DNA of 52,532 nt from Arcobacteraceae bacterium (GCA_048268245.1 JBLWVX010000017.1:1-52532); one strand, 5' to 3'. Counted from the first letter of the stretch, positions 10,751 through 20,112 are shown. The notes: generated by a model from the sequence alone, not told the origin. Program-made: numbers and translations.

Positions 10751-11326
10751 TTATTTACCTCCAAATAATTCATTTAAAGCATCTACACTTTTAGATTCTT
10801 CAAGTTTTTTATCAATCATTGTATAAATATTATTCTTCATATCATCAAGTTCTTTATTAAAATGTGTTGTTTTTTCTTTTAACTCTTTTTCAAAAGCAGC
10901 TTTTTGAGCCCTAGTAAGTTTTGAAATATGCTCTTCAAGAATTTTTTCACCGTTTGATTGAGTGATAATTTCTTTTAGTACTTCATCTTTTAATTTTTTG
11001 TCTTTAAGAAGTGCTTCAACAATATCTCCAATATTATCCCTAATTATATCTACTTTCTTTTCAGAAACAGTTTTAGCAAACCAAATACTTGCAAGAGTTA
11101 TAATTAAAGTAATAGCAACTAAAATAAATGTAACAAAAACCATGAATGTATTTGCAAGTGAAATACTATCCATTGGGTTACCTATACTCATTCTTCCCAT
11201 ATATTTATTTACTAAAATAAGTACTACGAAAACAGTTATAAATGTAATTATTATTTGAGCAACAAATAAACTTAGGTATTTTCCCATAGAAATGCCATTA
11301 AAGATTTTTTTATTTTTCATATTCAT
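10751..11326 (-). CDS. Hypothetical membrane protein (2 TM + C-terminal coiled coil)
   Basis: Two long hydrophobic segments in the N-terminal half, charged helical C-terminus; 2 nt from the peptidase gene, same strand. Confidence 0.75.
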   Translation of the reverse strand: MNMKNKKIFNGISMGKYLSLFVAQIIITFITVFVVLILVNKYMGRMSIGNPMDSISLANTFMVFVTFILVAITLIITLASIWFAKTVSEKKVDIIRDNIGDIVEALLKDKKLKDEVLKEIITQSNGEKILEEHISKLTRAQKAAFEKELKEKTTHFNKELDDMKNNIYTMIDKKLEESKSVDALNELFGGK

Positions 11327-11501
11327 AATTCTATTATATCTTAAATATTGTAATTTTATAATAAACTAAAATCCATTAAGTTTTTAGTATTTATTATACA
11401 AGAAATTTTAAATAGCAATGAAATCACATTTCTTTGATAAGATATAAAAATTGATTAAGGCTTATATGATAGCTTAAAAGAAAAAATTAATATTACTCTT
11501 T

Positions 11502-11723
11502 TTAGTAAGGATTGATTGATAAGACATGATTTATATGTTTTTTAGAAAAGTTTTCAATTTCAATTTTATTTGATTCTGTTTGAATAGTATCAATTGCATA
11601 TTTTTCAAGTTCAGTATATGATGTGTTCTTTTTAAAAAGATCGCATAGTTGTTTAACAGTTAAATGATTTTTTTTATTGCCAATAGAGTTATTTACAGTT
11701 GATAATAACATTGGATTAAACAT
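11502..11723 (-). CDS. Small hypothetical protein, possibly a fragment
   Basis: 73-aa ATG ORF; no recognised motif. Confidence 0.45.
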   Translation of the reverse strand: MFNPMLLSTVNNSIGNKKNHLTVKQLCDLFKKNTSYTELEKYAIDTIQTESNKIEIENFSKKHINHVLSINPY

Positions 11724-11880
11724 AATATATCTTTCATGAATTTAATATAATTAAAAATTATAAAGGATTTGAAATGTCAAACGATAGATGATATATTGTA
11801 CATATAAACACCCAAAAGTAAGCTCTAATAAAAAATCTTATATAATCAAAACTATCAAAAGTCTAAAAAAGAGATAATAC

Positions 11881-12123
11881 ATGAGAATAAACAACAATAC
11901 TATATCAACACCAAGCCAGCCTGATTTTAACAGACAGGTTCAAAGAGCAGAGCAAGTAAATAGTTCTACTTCTAGTAGAGTTGGAAATGCTTACAGTGTT
12001 AGTATTAGCAATTGGGCACAAGATATTATGAGCCAGTTCAAAGACGAAGAAGTTGCTATTTTTAACTCTGATGTATTATCTTATAACAGTAACTTAGACT
12101 TGATTATGAAACAAAAAGTATAG
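11881..12123 (+). CDS. Small hypothetical protein
   Basis: 80-aa ORF after an AGAG-type RBS; N/S/T/Q-rich N-terminus and a YSVSISNWA segment. Confidence 0.55.
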   Translation: MRINNNTISTPSQPDFNRQVQRAEQVNSSTSSRVGNAYSVSISNWAQDIMSQFKDEEVAIFNSDVLSYNSNLDLIMKQKV

Positions 12124-12132
12124 GGTTTATTA

Positions 12133-12288
12133 TTGTTTGATTTTGAAGAACTTACAAAAAATGGCTATTTAAATGAGTGGTATGCAATACCTGTACTTGT
12201 AGTGCTTATTTTAATAAAAGTTATAGCTGAAAAGAAGTATGAAAAAAGCTTAGACAAAAAGAAAAAAGATAGTAATAAAGAGAGCTAA
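12133..12288 (+). CDS. Small single-TM protein (51 aa, not in ORF track)
   Basis: TTG start after AGGG; MFDFEELTKNGYLNEWYAIPVLVVLILIKVIAEKKYEKSLDKKKKDSNKES*; hydrophobic helix plus basic tail; stop overlaps the AI-2E gene stop. Confidence 0.6.
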   Translation: MFDFEELTKNGYLNEWYAIPVLVVLILIKVIAEKKYEKSLDKKKKDSNKES

Positions 12289-13331
12289 AAGCTACTCTCT
12301 TTATCTTTTCTATTTTTTGACAAGTCTGACATAAGGATAGCAATCCAGTGAGTGCTACTGTTTGAATTAAATGCTATTTTTAACGTCATAGTAATTGGTA
12401 CTGCTAAGAACATCCCAACTATTCCTAAAACCCATCCCCATAAGATAAGTGAAAAGAAGATTACTAAAGGTGAAAGTCCAAGCTCTTTACCCATAAGTTT
12501 TGGCTCTATGATATTACTAATAGAGATATTAATAGTCATATAAAGTATTATCAAAATTATAGTCGTATTTATATCTGCATTTAAAAGTGATAAAAGAACT
12601 GCTGGAATTGCAGCTATGATTGACCCTACAACTGGTATAAAGTTAAATAGCATAGCAATTACACCCCATAAAATAGGGTAATCAACATCAAAATATATAA
12701 GTACAACAGCTATTATAAATCCTGTTAAAAAACTAGTAGTTGACTTTACTAAAAAGTATTTTTGAATATTTTGAGAAAACAGATTAAAGTGTTTTAACTT
12801 TTGAGCATTTGACTTAAAAATCATTTTAAGTTTTGTCTCAAAAGATTTACTTTCTGCTAAAATAAATGCAATACCTATGATAATAAGTAAAAACTTAGAT
12901 AAAAAACTTCCTATATTTCCTATGATATTAGTAGTAAAACCAAAGAACGAATTAAGATTTAGTGTTTGTAAAATCTGGTCTTTATCTACTGTATGTCCGT
13001 ACTGTTCTATTAGTCCTATTGTGTTTACGATTAGGTCATTAAAGCCTTTTTCATAAGAGTTAAGATTGCCTAAAAAGTCTTTTAGGGATATGTTTATGAT
13101 ATAGTAAACAAGTAGTGAAAATATCGTAATAATCGATAATACAATCAAATATGAAATGATTTTAGGAACTTTTCCCTTTTGTAAAAACTTTAAAAGTGAG
13201 GATATAATAGATGAGATAAATATGGACAGGAATAGTAAGACCACTATTTCACTAGCAACTTTCAATCCTGCTATTATTACTACTGATGTTGCAAGATAAA
13301 AAAAGTAATTCCTTAAATTCACTGCGTCCAA
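12285..13331 (-). CDS. AI-2E family transporter
   Basis: Multi-TM; FNFIPVVGSIIAAIP, NIIEPKLMGKELGLSP, GIVGMFLAVP motifs. Confidence 0.92.
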   Translation of the reverse strand: MDAVNLRNYFFYLATSVVIIAGLKVASEIVVLLFLSIFISSIISSLLKFLQKGKVPKIISYLIVLSIITIFSLLVYYIINISLKDFLGNLNSYEKGFNDLIVNTIGLIEQYGHTVDKDQILQTLNLNSFFGFTTNIIGNIGSFLSKFLLIIIGIAFILAESKSFETKLKMIFKSNAQKLKHFNLFSQNIQKYFLVKSTTSFLTGFIIAVVLIYFDVDYPILWGVIAMLFNFIPVVGSIIAAIPAVLLSLLNADINTTIILIILYMTINISISNIIEPKLMGKELGLSPLVIFFSLILWGWVLGIVGMFLAVPITMTLKIAFNSNSSTHWIAILMSDLSKNRKDKESSF

Positions 13332-13353
13332 ATTCTCTCCTTTTTTATTGTAA

Positions 13354-15126
13354 TTATATCAATTGATTTTTAACAAATTCTAAATAATGACCCTCAACCT
13401 CTTCAAGTTGGTCATGATTTCCTCTTTGTACTATCTTTCCATCATCTAAAACATATATCATATTTGCATTTTTAACGGTGCTTAGCCTATGAGCTATTGT
13501 GATAACTGTTTTATCTTTTAGAATAGGAACTAGGGCATTAAATAGTTTTGCTTCTGTTGACACATCAAGTGCTGATGTTGACTCATCAAAGATAACAACT
13601 GCAGGATTTGCAATAATCATCCTTGCTATAGATAACCTTTGTCTTTGTCCACCACTTAGTCTCACACCATGTCTTCCTACGATTGTATCTAAGCCTTGTG
13701 ACATTTTTTCTACTGCTTCATATAGTTGAGCAATTTTTAAAGCCTCAAAAATCTCTTCGTCACTTATATTTTCATTTCCCATAGTTATATTAAGTCTAAG
13801 GGTATTGTTAAATAAGATTGGCATTTGTAAAACCAAAAAGATATTATCTCTGATACTTTGTCTATTTAAAGTATCAATACTGTTATTATTATACTTTAAA
13901 TCTCCACTTTTTTTAGAGTAAAATCCTGATATTATTTGTGCTAGAGTAGTTTTCCCACTTCCACTAGCACCAATCAAGGCTACTTTTTCCCCTGATTTAA
14001 TCTCTAAATTTATATCTTCAAGTACATTTTTATCTTCATTGTAAGAAAAACATAAATCATGTAAAGATATATCAACTTTTTTATCTTTTACACAAAGTTT
14101 TTCTTCTCCTGTTTCTTCTTTTTGTAAATTTAAAATTTTATTTAATCTTGTAAGAGCTGTACTTGCACTTGCATAAGAATATTGAATAGTCAAGATGTCT
14201 TGTACAGGTGTCATAATAAACCAAATATACCCAAACATAGCAAACATCATACCGATTGATAGTGAGTTGTATTCAACTAAAATAAGTCCAGTTGCTCTAA
14301 AAATCTCAAAGGCTACTAAAAAGATAGTAAAAGAAAATCTCTCAAAAGCTACACTTTTATAGTTGAACTCATTTGATGTTTTTTGTATATCTTTTGCTTT
14401 GTTTATAGCATTTTCGAAAAAGTATGCTTCTTTATTGCTTGCTTTGATTTGACCAAATAACTCTAAAGTTTCACCAACACTATCTTGAAAAGACTCAATA
14501 GATTGATTTTCTTCTTTTTTTAGAATACCAGTTTTTTTAGATATTTTTTTTGATAAAATCATAACTATTGGTTGAATAAAAAGTATCATTAGTCCTAAAA
14601 TAGGGTCAATTGCTATTATAACTATAGCAACAGCTATTAAAGTAAGTATAGAAGCTACAAATTTACTAGCAATAGAGATAATAAAATTATCTAAAGTATT
14701 TATATCTGTAATAAGATTTGAAGTAATAGCCCCAGAACCTAAGCTTTCATATTCATTCATATTTACATTTTTTAGATGATTTAATAGTTTTTCTCTTATT
14801 TTAAAAGTCACATATTTTGATATCTTAGTAAAGATTTTTGTAATAACTACTATAAAAATAAAATGAATCAATCTTAAAAAGATTACTGCAAATGTCACAA
14901 CTGCAATATAGTAAAAAGCAGTTCCTTGTCCTAAAAGCCAGTTGATACTATCTATAAATACATCAGGTTTGTCTAAAAGTACTTCATCTACAAGTATAGG
15001 AAGCATTAAAGGAATAGGTACACTAATTGCAATAGCAATTATTGTGATAATTTGTCCAAGTATTAAATGTTTTTTATTTTCAAGTAGAAGTTTAAATATA
15101 TATTTTATTGATATTTCTTCTCTCAT
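13354..15126 (-). CDS. ABC exporter, fused permease/ATP-binding protein
   Basis: TM domain, GASGSGKT Walker A, LSGGQRQ signature, DESTSALD, AHRLST. Confidence 0.93.
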   Translation of the reverse strand: MREEISIKYIFKLLLENKKHLILGQIITIIAIAISVPIPLMLPILVDEVLLDKPDVFIDSINWLLGQGTAFYYIAVVTFAVIFLRLIHFIFIVVITKIFTKISKYVTFKIREKLLNHLKNVNMNEYESLGSGAITSNLITDINTLDNFIISIASKFVASILTLIAVAIVIIAIDPILGLMILFIQPIVMILSKKISKKTGILKKEENQSIESFQDSVGETLELFGQIKASNKEAYFFENAINKAKDIQKTSNEFNYKSVAFERFSFTIFLVAFEIFRATGLILVEYNSLSIGMMFAMFGYIWFIMTPVQDILTIQYSYASASTALTRLNKILNLQKEETGEEKLCVKDKKVDISLHDLCFSYNEDKNVLEDINLEIKSGEKVALIGASGSGKTTLAQIISGFYSKKSGDLKYNNNSIDTLNRQSIRDNIFLVLQMPILFNNTLRLNITMGNENISDEEIFEALKIAQLYEAVEKMSQGLDTIVGRHGVRLSGGQRQRLSIARMIIANPAVVIFDESTSALDVSTEAKLFNALVPILKDKTVITIAHRLSTVKNANMIYVLDDGKIVQRGNHDQLEEVEGHYLEFVKNQLI

Positions 15127-15222
15127 AACTCTCTTTCAAATTTTTATTAAAAGATTGTTTTACAATAAATAGGATAAATTAAGGTTTAAAGTTGATAGTT
15201 TATTTGATATAACACCCAAAAA

Positions 15223-15556
15223 TGATCTGGCTACAGTTTATAGGACATAGAAAAATGCAATGTTAAAATAAAATATAGAGAGGATCAAATGAGAAAGAGT
15301 AAATATAATCAAGAGTTCAAAGATTTAGGTTTAAAAAAAGAGTCTTTAGAATAAAAGACTAAAAAAAGAACTTGCTGTTTTAAAACAGGAAAAAGAGATA
15401 TTCTTGTGCTTGCACTCTCTTTGAGAAAAAAGGCAGCAGCATACTTCACATGAAGCGTAGCGGAATCTACACTTGCACAAAGAAATTCTTTAAAGTATGC
15501 GTGGATAAAAGAGTATAATCAGAGTTTCCCACTTCAACTAATGTGCAAACTTTTGG
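15223..15556 (+). mobile_element. Degenerate IS3-family insertion sequence remnant (left end, orfA pieces, start of orfB)
   Basis: TGATCTG..-type left end at 15223; ATG 15289 MRKSKYNQEFKD; later KRLKKELAVLKQEKEI..KKAAAYF..KEIL*, then KYAWIKEYNQSFPLQLMCKLL in another frame, as at an IS3 orfA/orfB junction; internal deletions; no right end seen. Confidence 0.8.
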
Positions 15557-15594
15557 TTAATTATTATAATAGTTACTATTGATATTAAATAAAG

Positions 15595-15625
15595 TATACA
15601 TTTAAGGTTTAACCTTAAATGTATA
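15595..15625 (-). terminator. Perfect 15-bp inverted repeat, probable terminator
   Basis: TATACATTTAAGGTT-T-AACCTTAAATGTATA, 2 nt past the stop of 15628..16281. Confidence 0.65.
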
Positions 15626-15627
15626 AA

Positions 15628-16281
15628 TTAAATTGCAACTCTATATCCTACTCCAGAAATATTTCTTATTAAGTCTTTGTACGTTTTTCTTCGAACTTCT
15701 TTAACTACTGATCTAAGTGCATTGTGTGTCATATCACCATTCCAAAGATTGTCATTGATTTCATCATATGATACAGCTCTATCTTTATTATTTATAACAT
15801 AGTTTAAAAACATATTCTCTTTTTTTGATAAAGAGATGATTTGTTTGTTTTTTAATAAAGTATTATTATAATTGTCATAGATAAAGTCATCTTTTAGTTG
15901 AACAATATTAGAACTATTTGAATCAATATTTTTTACTATATTTAATAAAATATCATTAAGTTCATCTTTTGTAATAGCATCTTGCAAATACATTATATTT
16001 TCTAATGTAATTGCATCAAAATATTCTTGAGTTGAAATAAAACTTGTACAAATAATAATATGAGTATTTTTATAGTCTTGCCTGATTAAACTTAATATAT
16101 TCATAGGGATTTTTTCTTCACTATAAATAATATCAATATTTTTATCTTTTAATACATCTAAAATTTCAGAGTAATTCTCTTTTATAATAATACTATTTGA
16201 TTTTTTTTGTAGTGTTTGAAGAGTTTCTGAGATTTCTGTTTTTAGGATATAAAGTATATTTAAATGTTTTAATACTCTCAT
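15628..16281 (-). CDS. OmpR-type winged-helix regulator with degenerate receiver domain
   Basis: C-terminal LSKKE..FL, ALRSVVKEVRRK, IRNISGVGYR; receiver lacks the acidic pocket and phospho-Asp. Confidence 0.8.
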   Translation of the reverse strand: MRVLKHLNILYILKTEISETLQTLQKKSNSIIIKENYSEILDVLKDKNIDIIYSEEKIPMNILSLIRQDYKNTHIIICTSFISTQEYFDAITLENIMYLQDAITKDELNDILLNIVKNIDSNSSNIVQLKDDFIYDNYNNTLLKNKQIISLSKKENMFLNYVINNKDRAVSYDEINDNLWNGDMTHNALRSVVKEVRRKTYKDLIRNISGVGYRVAI

Positions 16282-16361
16282 AAATTACCTTTAAAATTAT
16301 TTGTTGTATGATTTATAACATAAAAATTTTAAAAAGTTATTTAAAATAGCTTAAATTTTAC

Positions 16362-16386
16362 AAAAGTAGCAAAAAATGCTACTTTT
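16362..16386 (-). terminator. Hairpin overlapping the stop of the lipoprotein gene
   Basis: AAAAGTAGCA-AAAAA-TGCTACTTTT. Confidence 0.45.
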
Positions 16387-16684
16387 CTGTTGGTGCTAAC
16401 ATCTTTTCACAGATTTCTAGTTTCATTCCATCATGAAAACTACAGTTTAATCCACACTTGAAAGTACCTGTTTTAGAAATGCCCATTGTTTCTAATTGTT
16501 TTACTGACTCGTCTTTACACTGTTTTAGTGATGAAAAAGTCATTGGGCTTTTTAGATTTCTTTTCGTATTTTGTTTATCAGGGTAAATAAAAGAGTGCCA
16601 TTTCTCTTCCTCTTTATCTGCACTTCCTAAACATCCATTAAAAACTAAACCTAAACTTAATGCAAGTAATATACTTTTAACCAT
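16379..16684 (-). CDS. Small Cys-rich lipoprotein
   Basis: Lipobox LVFNGC; W..FIYP, CK, CGLNC and ICEK cysteines. Confidence 0.8.
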   Translation of the reverse strand: MVKSILLALSLGLVFNGCLGSADKEEEKWHSFIYPDKQNTKRNLKSPMTFSSLKQCKDESVKQLETMGISKTGTFKCGLNCSFHDGMKLEICEKMLAPTEK

Positions 16685-16733
16685 GAACTCTCTTTTTTTT
16701 GTTTGATTTTAGTCAAAAAATAGTTATAAAGAG

Positions 16734-17504
16734 TTAAACTAAAACACTATTTATTTTTTGTTTTAGTGTTTCTAAGTTTTTAATCTTATTTCTTAATCTC
16801 AAATTTTCTAAATAAAGTGTTATTGCTTTTTTTAATTGTTCACTTACTTTTCCTGTAGAAGCAGCTTTATTTATAGTATCAGGTTTATACCCTAATTCAT
16901 ATGATAGTTTTTTGTAAGTAAGATTTAAATCTTTGCAAACCTGCTTTATTAGATTTGGATTTAATTCCTTAAATAAACTCTCACAAGAGATATCGAAAGA
17001 TATACAAATATCTTCTATAAAATCTTGCTTTTTAAGTATTGTATTTCTATGTATATATTGAATGTCATCAGGTTTGAAAAGTTTTAAGTCTTCTTTTTCT
17101 ATACATATGCTTAGTTTAGAGCCATTACATGAAATCATATAATCAAAGGCATTAACTAAGTCAAACTCTTTTAGTTGTTTAAAAGTCTCTATAAATAAAA
17201 AGGTATTTACATTTTTAGTTTTACTTTTAGTGTCACTGAAGTATTCAAAAGTAAATTCAATATTGTCAGCTTTAAATTTTAATTGTGTATGTTTTATATT
17301 TATATCATCTTTTAATAATAAATGAAAATGAAAGATATTATCTCTATTATTAGAAAAGATATATACTATATTATTTTCATCTAGTTTATTTTCCTTTACT
17401 AGTGTTTTTAACAATTCTTCAACATATTTAATATCTTTATGAATTCTATTTTCATCTCTTACAAAATAAGGAGTCTTTTTAAATAGTTTACCCACTTTTT
17501 TCAT
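16734..17504 (-). CDS. Hypothetical protein with C-terminal XRE-like HTH domain
   Basis: C-terminal NLIKQVCKDLNLTYKKLSYELGYKPDTINKAAS..VSEQL helix-turn-helix-like block; N-terminal region unassigned. Confidence 0.65.
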   Translation of the reverse strand: MKKVGKLFKKTPYFVRDENRIHKDIKYVEELLKTLVKENKLDENNIVYIFSNNRDNIFHFHLLLKDDINIKHTQLKFKADNIEFTFEYFSDTKSKTKNVNTFLFIETFKQLKEFDLVNAFDYMISCNGSKLSICIEKEDLKLFKPDDIQYIHRNTILKKQDFIEDICISFDISCESLFKELNPNLIKQVCKDLNLTYKKLSYELGYKPDTINKAASTGKVSEQLKKAITLYLENLRLRNKIKNLETLKQKINSVLV

Positions 17505-17694
17505 TTCTCTTCCTGTAATATAATCTTATACTGTTTATTTTATTATACATAGGAATTTGAAAATCAATACATTAATAACTTAGTTATTTGGTATGATTTC
17601 TTCAAAAAGTTAGTAATTTTTGTAAAATATCATTATTTGCTATGAGATTGCTATAAAATATAAAAACTTATGCTACTTTTGCTACGATAATTAA

Positions 17695-17727
17695 TTTACA
17701 ATTATTATACATTTGTTATGATACAAT
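17695..17727 (+). promoter_or_regulatory. Putative OmpR-family tandem box plus extended -10
   Basis: TTTAC-N6-TATAC followed by TGATACAAT; similar box at 20113. Confidence 0.45.
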
Positions 17728-17752
17728 AAATAAAAAATTAAAGAGACTATAC

Positions 17753-17968
17753 ATGAGAAAAGTTTTATTATTAATTTCATTTATCGTGACAATTTCTTTT
17801 GCAAAAGTAGATTATTCTGAGATGAGTACTCAAGAATTGATTGCTATTATGGGTTATGTTAAAAAGAAAAATATAAATGAGTTTAAAAAAGAGCTAAAGC
17901 AAAGAGTTCCTACTATGAGCCAAAAAGAAAGAAAACAGTATGAAAAAAATAAAAGTAAATTAAAATGA
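17753..17968 (+). CDS. DUF1104-like small periplasmic protein
   Basis: Signal peptide then DYSEMSTQELIAIMGYV...ELKQRVPTMS..ER. Confidence 0.8.
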   Translation: MRKVLLLISFIVTISFAKVDYSEMSTQELIAIMGYVKKKNINEFKKELKQRVPTMSQKERKQYEKNKSKLK

Positions 17969-18633
17969 AAACAAAATTATTATTATTAGAAGATGATTTA
18001 ACATTAAGTGAAACAGTAATTGATTATTTTGAAGAGCAGGGCTTTGATGTTTCACCTGCTTATGATGGACAAGAAGCAATTGAACTGGTTTATGAAAATT
18101 CTTTTGACTTATTACTTCTTGATGTAAATGTACCAGAACTTAATGGTTTTGAGGTTTTACAAAAATTAAGAGAAGAAGAAAATAACACTCCTGCTATTTT
18201 TATAACTTCTTTAAACTCAATGGAATCACTAGAAGAAGGTTTTAGTAGTGGTTGTGATGATTATATTAGAAAACCTTTTGAACTAAAAGAGTTACTGCTT
18301 AGAGTTCAAACAATCATAAAGAGAGAATACTCTAATAAAACAGATATTAAAAAAATATGTGAGAATATAGAGTTTGACTTAATCTCAAATGAGTTAAAAA
18401 AAGATGGTAAAACAGTAAAATTAAACCTAAAAGAGTTAAAGCTATTAAAACTGTTTTTACAACACCCAAATGAGCTTTTAGTCCATGACAGAATCTATGA
18501 TAATGTTTGGGAATATGATGAAGAGTACAGCGATAACTCTTTAAGAACATATATAAAAAATTTACGAAAAATATTAGGAAAAGATAAAATTGTTAGTCTT
18601 AAAAAGCTCGGATATAGATTTAACCAAGAGTGA
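17965..18633 (+). CDS. OmpR-family response regulator
   Basis: LLEDD, LLLDVNVP, DYIRKPF, LRTYIKNLRK, GYRF. Confidence 0.95.
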   Translation: MKTKLLLLEDDLTLSETVIDYFEEQGFDVSPAYDGQEAIELVYENSFDLLLLDVNVPELNGFEVLQKLREEENNTPAIFITSLNSMESLEEGFSSGCDDYIRKPFELKELLLRVQTIIKREYSNKTDIKKICENIEFDLISNELKKDGKTVKLNLKELKLLKLFLQHPNELLVHDRIYDNVWEYDEEYSDNSLRTYIKNLRKILGKDKIVSLKKLGYRFNQE

Positions 18634-19777
18634 AACTAGAACACTTTTAGGTTTTGGTTTTTTATACTCTTTTTTAATTCTAATAATAATTGCAGTAGTG
18701 TCTTTTCTTTATTATAATTTTCAAAAAGATTTAATGCTTCAAGAAAAAAGACAAATTCTTCAAGAATATTCTAATGACCTGGTTTTTAGATTAAAAGATT
18801 TACATATTAACTTTGACAAATATAAGTTTTACCCAAGAGATGAGAAGTTTAACTCTGCAATTTTTGATAGTGATAAGACTAAAATATTTTCTACTTTACA
18901 ATCAAATAATATAAATTTTGAAGAAGTTGCATATATAAGTAATAAAAAAATTCATTATATTGATAAACCCGAGTCTTACTATTTAGGAGCCAAATATATT
19001 ATTGTTGAAATTGATGATGACAGACAATGGTTAAAAAAAGTAAAAAATGAGATAATCTCTTTTGGTTTACTTGCTTTTATTTTTATGTCTATTGTTGGGT
19101 ATTTTATTGCAAAACTATTTTTAAGACCAATGCGAGACTCTCTTCATTTACTTGATAGATTTATAAAAGATACTACTCATGAGTTAAATACTCCAATCTC
19201 TGCTATTGTTACAAATATAGAAATGATTGATAAAACCGGTCTGGATGATAAAACATTAAAAAAAATAAATCGAATAGATATTGGTGCCAAAACTATTTCA
19301 AATATTTATGAGGACTTAACTTTTTTAACATTAAATAATAAAATCATATCTCAAAATGAAAAGTTAGACATATCAAAAATTGCAAGACAGAGAGTTGAAT
19401 ATTTTAGAAGTTTAGCTACTATCAAAAAAATAGATTTTGATTTACAAATAGATGAGAATATATTTTTATATTGTGATATAAAGAAATTTTCAAAACTTTT
19501 AGACAATCTTCTATCAAATGCAATAAAATACAATAAAGTAAATGGAAAAATAAAACTTATTTTAACTGAGCAAAAACTTATAGTTGAAGATACAGGTAAA
19601 GGTATGAGCCAAGAAAATTTAGAAAATCTTTTTGAGAGATATAGTAGGTTTGATAAAAGTGTAGGTGGTTTTGGAATAGGATTAAATATTGTTTATTTAA
19701 TAGCAAAAGAGTATGATTTAAAAATAAATGTAACTTCAAAACTAAAAGCTGGAACAAAAATAGAGGTATCATGGTAA
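18590..19777 (+). CDS. Sensor histidine kinase
   Basis: 2 TM; DTTHELNTP, NLLSNAIKYN, DTGKG, GGFGIGL. Confidence 0.93.
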   Translation: MLVLKSSDIDLTKSETRTLLGFGFLYSFLILIIIAVVSFLYYNFQKDLMLQEKRQILQEYSNDLVFRLKDLHINFDKYKFYPRDEKFNSAIFDSDKTKIFSTLQSNNINFEEVAYISNKKIHYIDKPESYYLGAKYIIVEIDDDRQWLKKVKNEIISFGLLAFIFMSIVGYFIAKLFLRPMRDSLHLLDRFIKDTTHELNTPISAIVTNIEMIDKTGLDDKTLKKINRIDIGAKTISNIYEDLTFLTLNNKIISQNEKLDISKIARQRVEYFRSLATIKKIDFDLQIDENIFLYCDIKKFSKLLDNLLSNAIKYNKVNGKIKLILTEQKLIVEDTGKGMSQENLENLFERYSRFDKSVGGFGIGLNIVYLIAKEYDLKINVTSKLKAGTKIEVSW

Positions 19778-20109
19778 GAGTTTTTTTAATCTTTATTTTT
19801 TTAGTATTATCATTACATTCAAAAGATATAAATATTTATGAACAAAACTGTGTAAAGTGTCATAAAAAAATACCTGTATCAATTGATAAGTATTTTTATA
19901 GATATCTTTTAAAATATAGTTCTGAAAAGTCTGTTAAAAGTGCAATGGCTTCTTATCTTAGAAAACCAAATTCAAATAAAACTATAATGCCAGAGGCTTT
20001 TATAAAAAGATTTGGAGTAAAAAAGCCAACAAATCTTACAACAAAAGAATTAGAAGAGGCTCTTGATATTTATTGGGAAAAATATAAGGTATTTGGAAAA
20101 CTAAAATAA
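19771..20109 (+). CDS. Small c-type cytochrome-like protein
   Basis: Signal peptide, CVKCH heme-binding motif, distal MP. Confidence 0.75.
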   Translation: MVRVFLIFIFLVLSLHSKDINIYEQNCVKCHKKIPVSIDKYFYRYLLKYSSEKSVKSAMASYLRKPNSNKTIMPEAFIKRFGVKKPTNLTTKELEEALDIYWEKYKVFGKLK

Positions 20110-20112
20110 GCT

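Noticed and set aside
11172..11186. ATTGGGTTACCTATA resembling the rnpB 3' end (ATTGGTTTACCTTATA) as a possible attR
   Set aside because: Imperfect and inside the intact 2TM gene; likely chance. No convincing att duplication was found.
12253..12320. Imperfect inverted repeat across the convergent stops of the small TM gene and the AI-2E gene
   Set aside because: Mostly low-complexity A/G versus T/C runs from Lys-rich tails; at best a weak bidirectional terminator.
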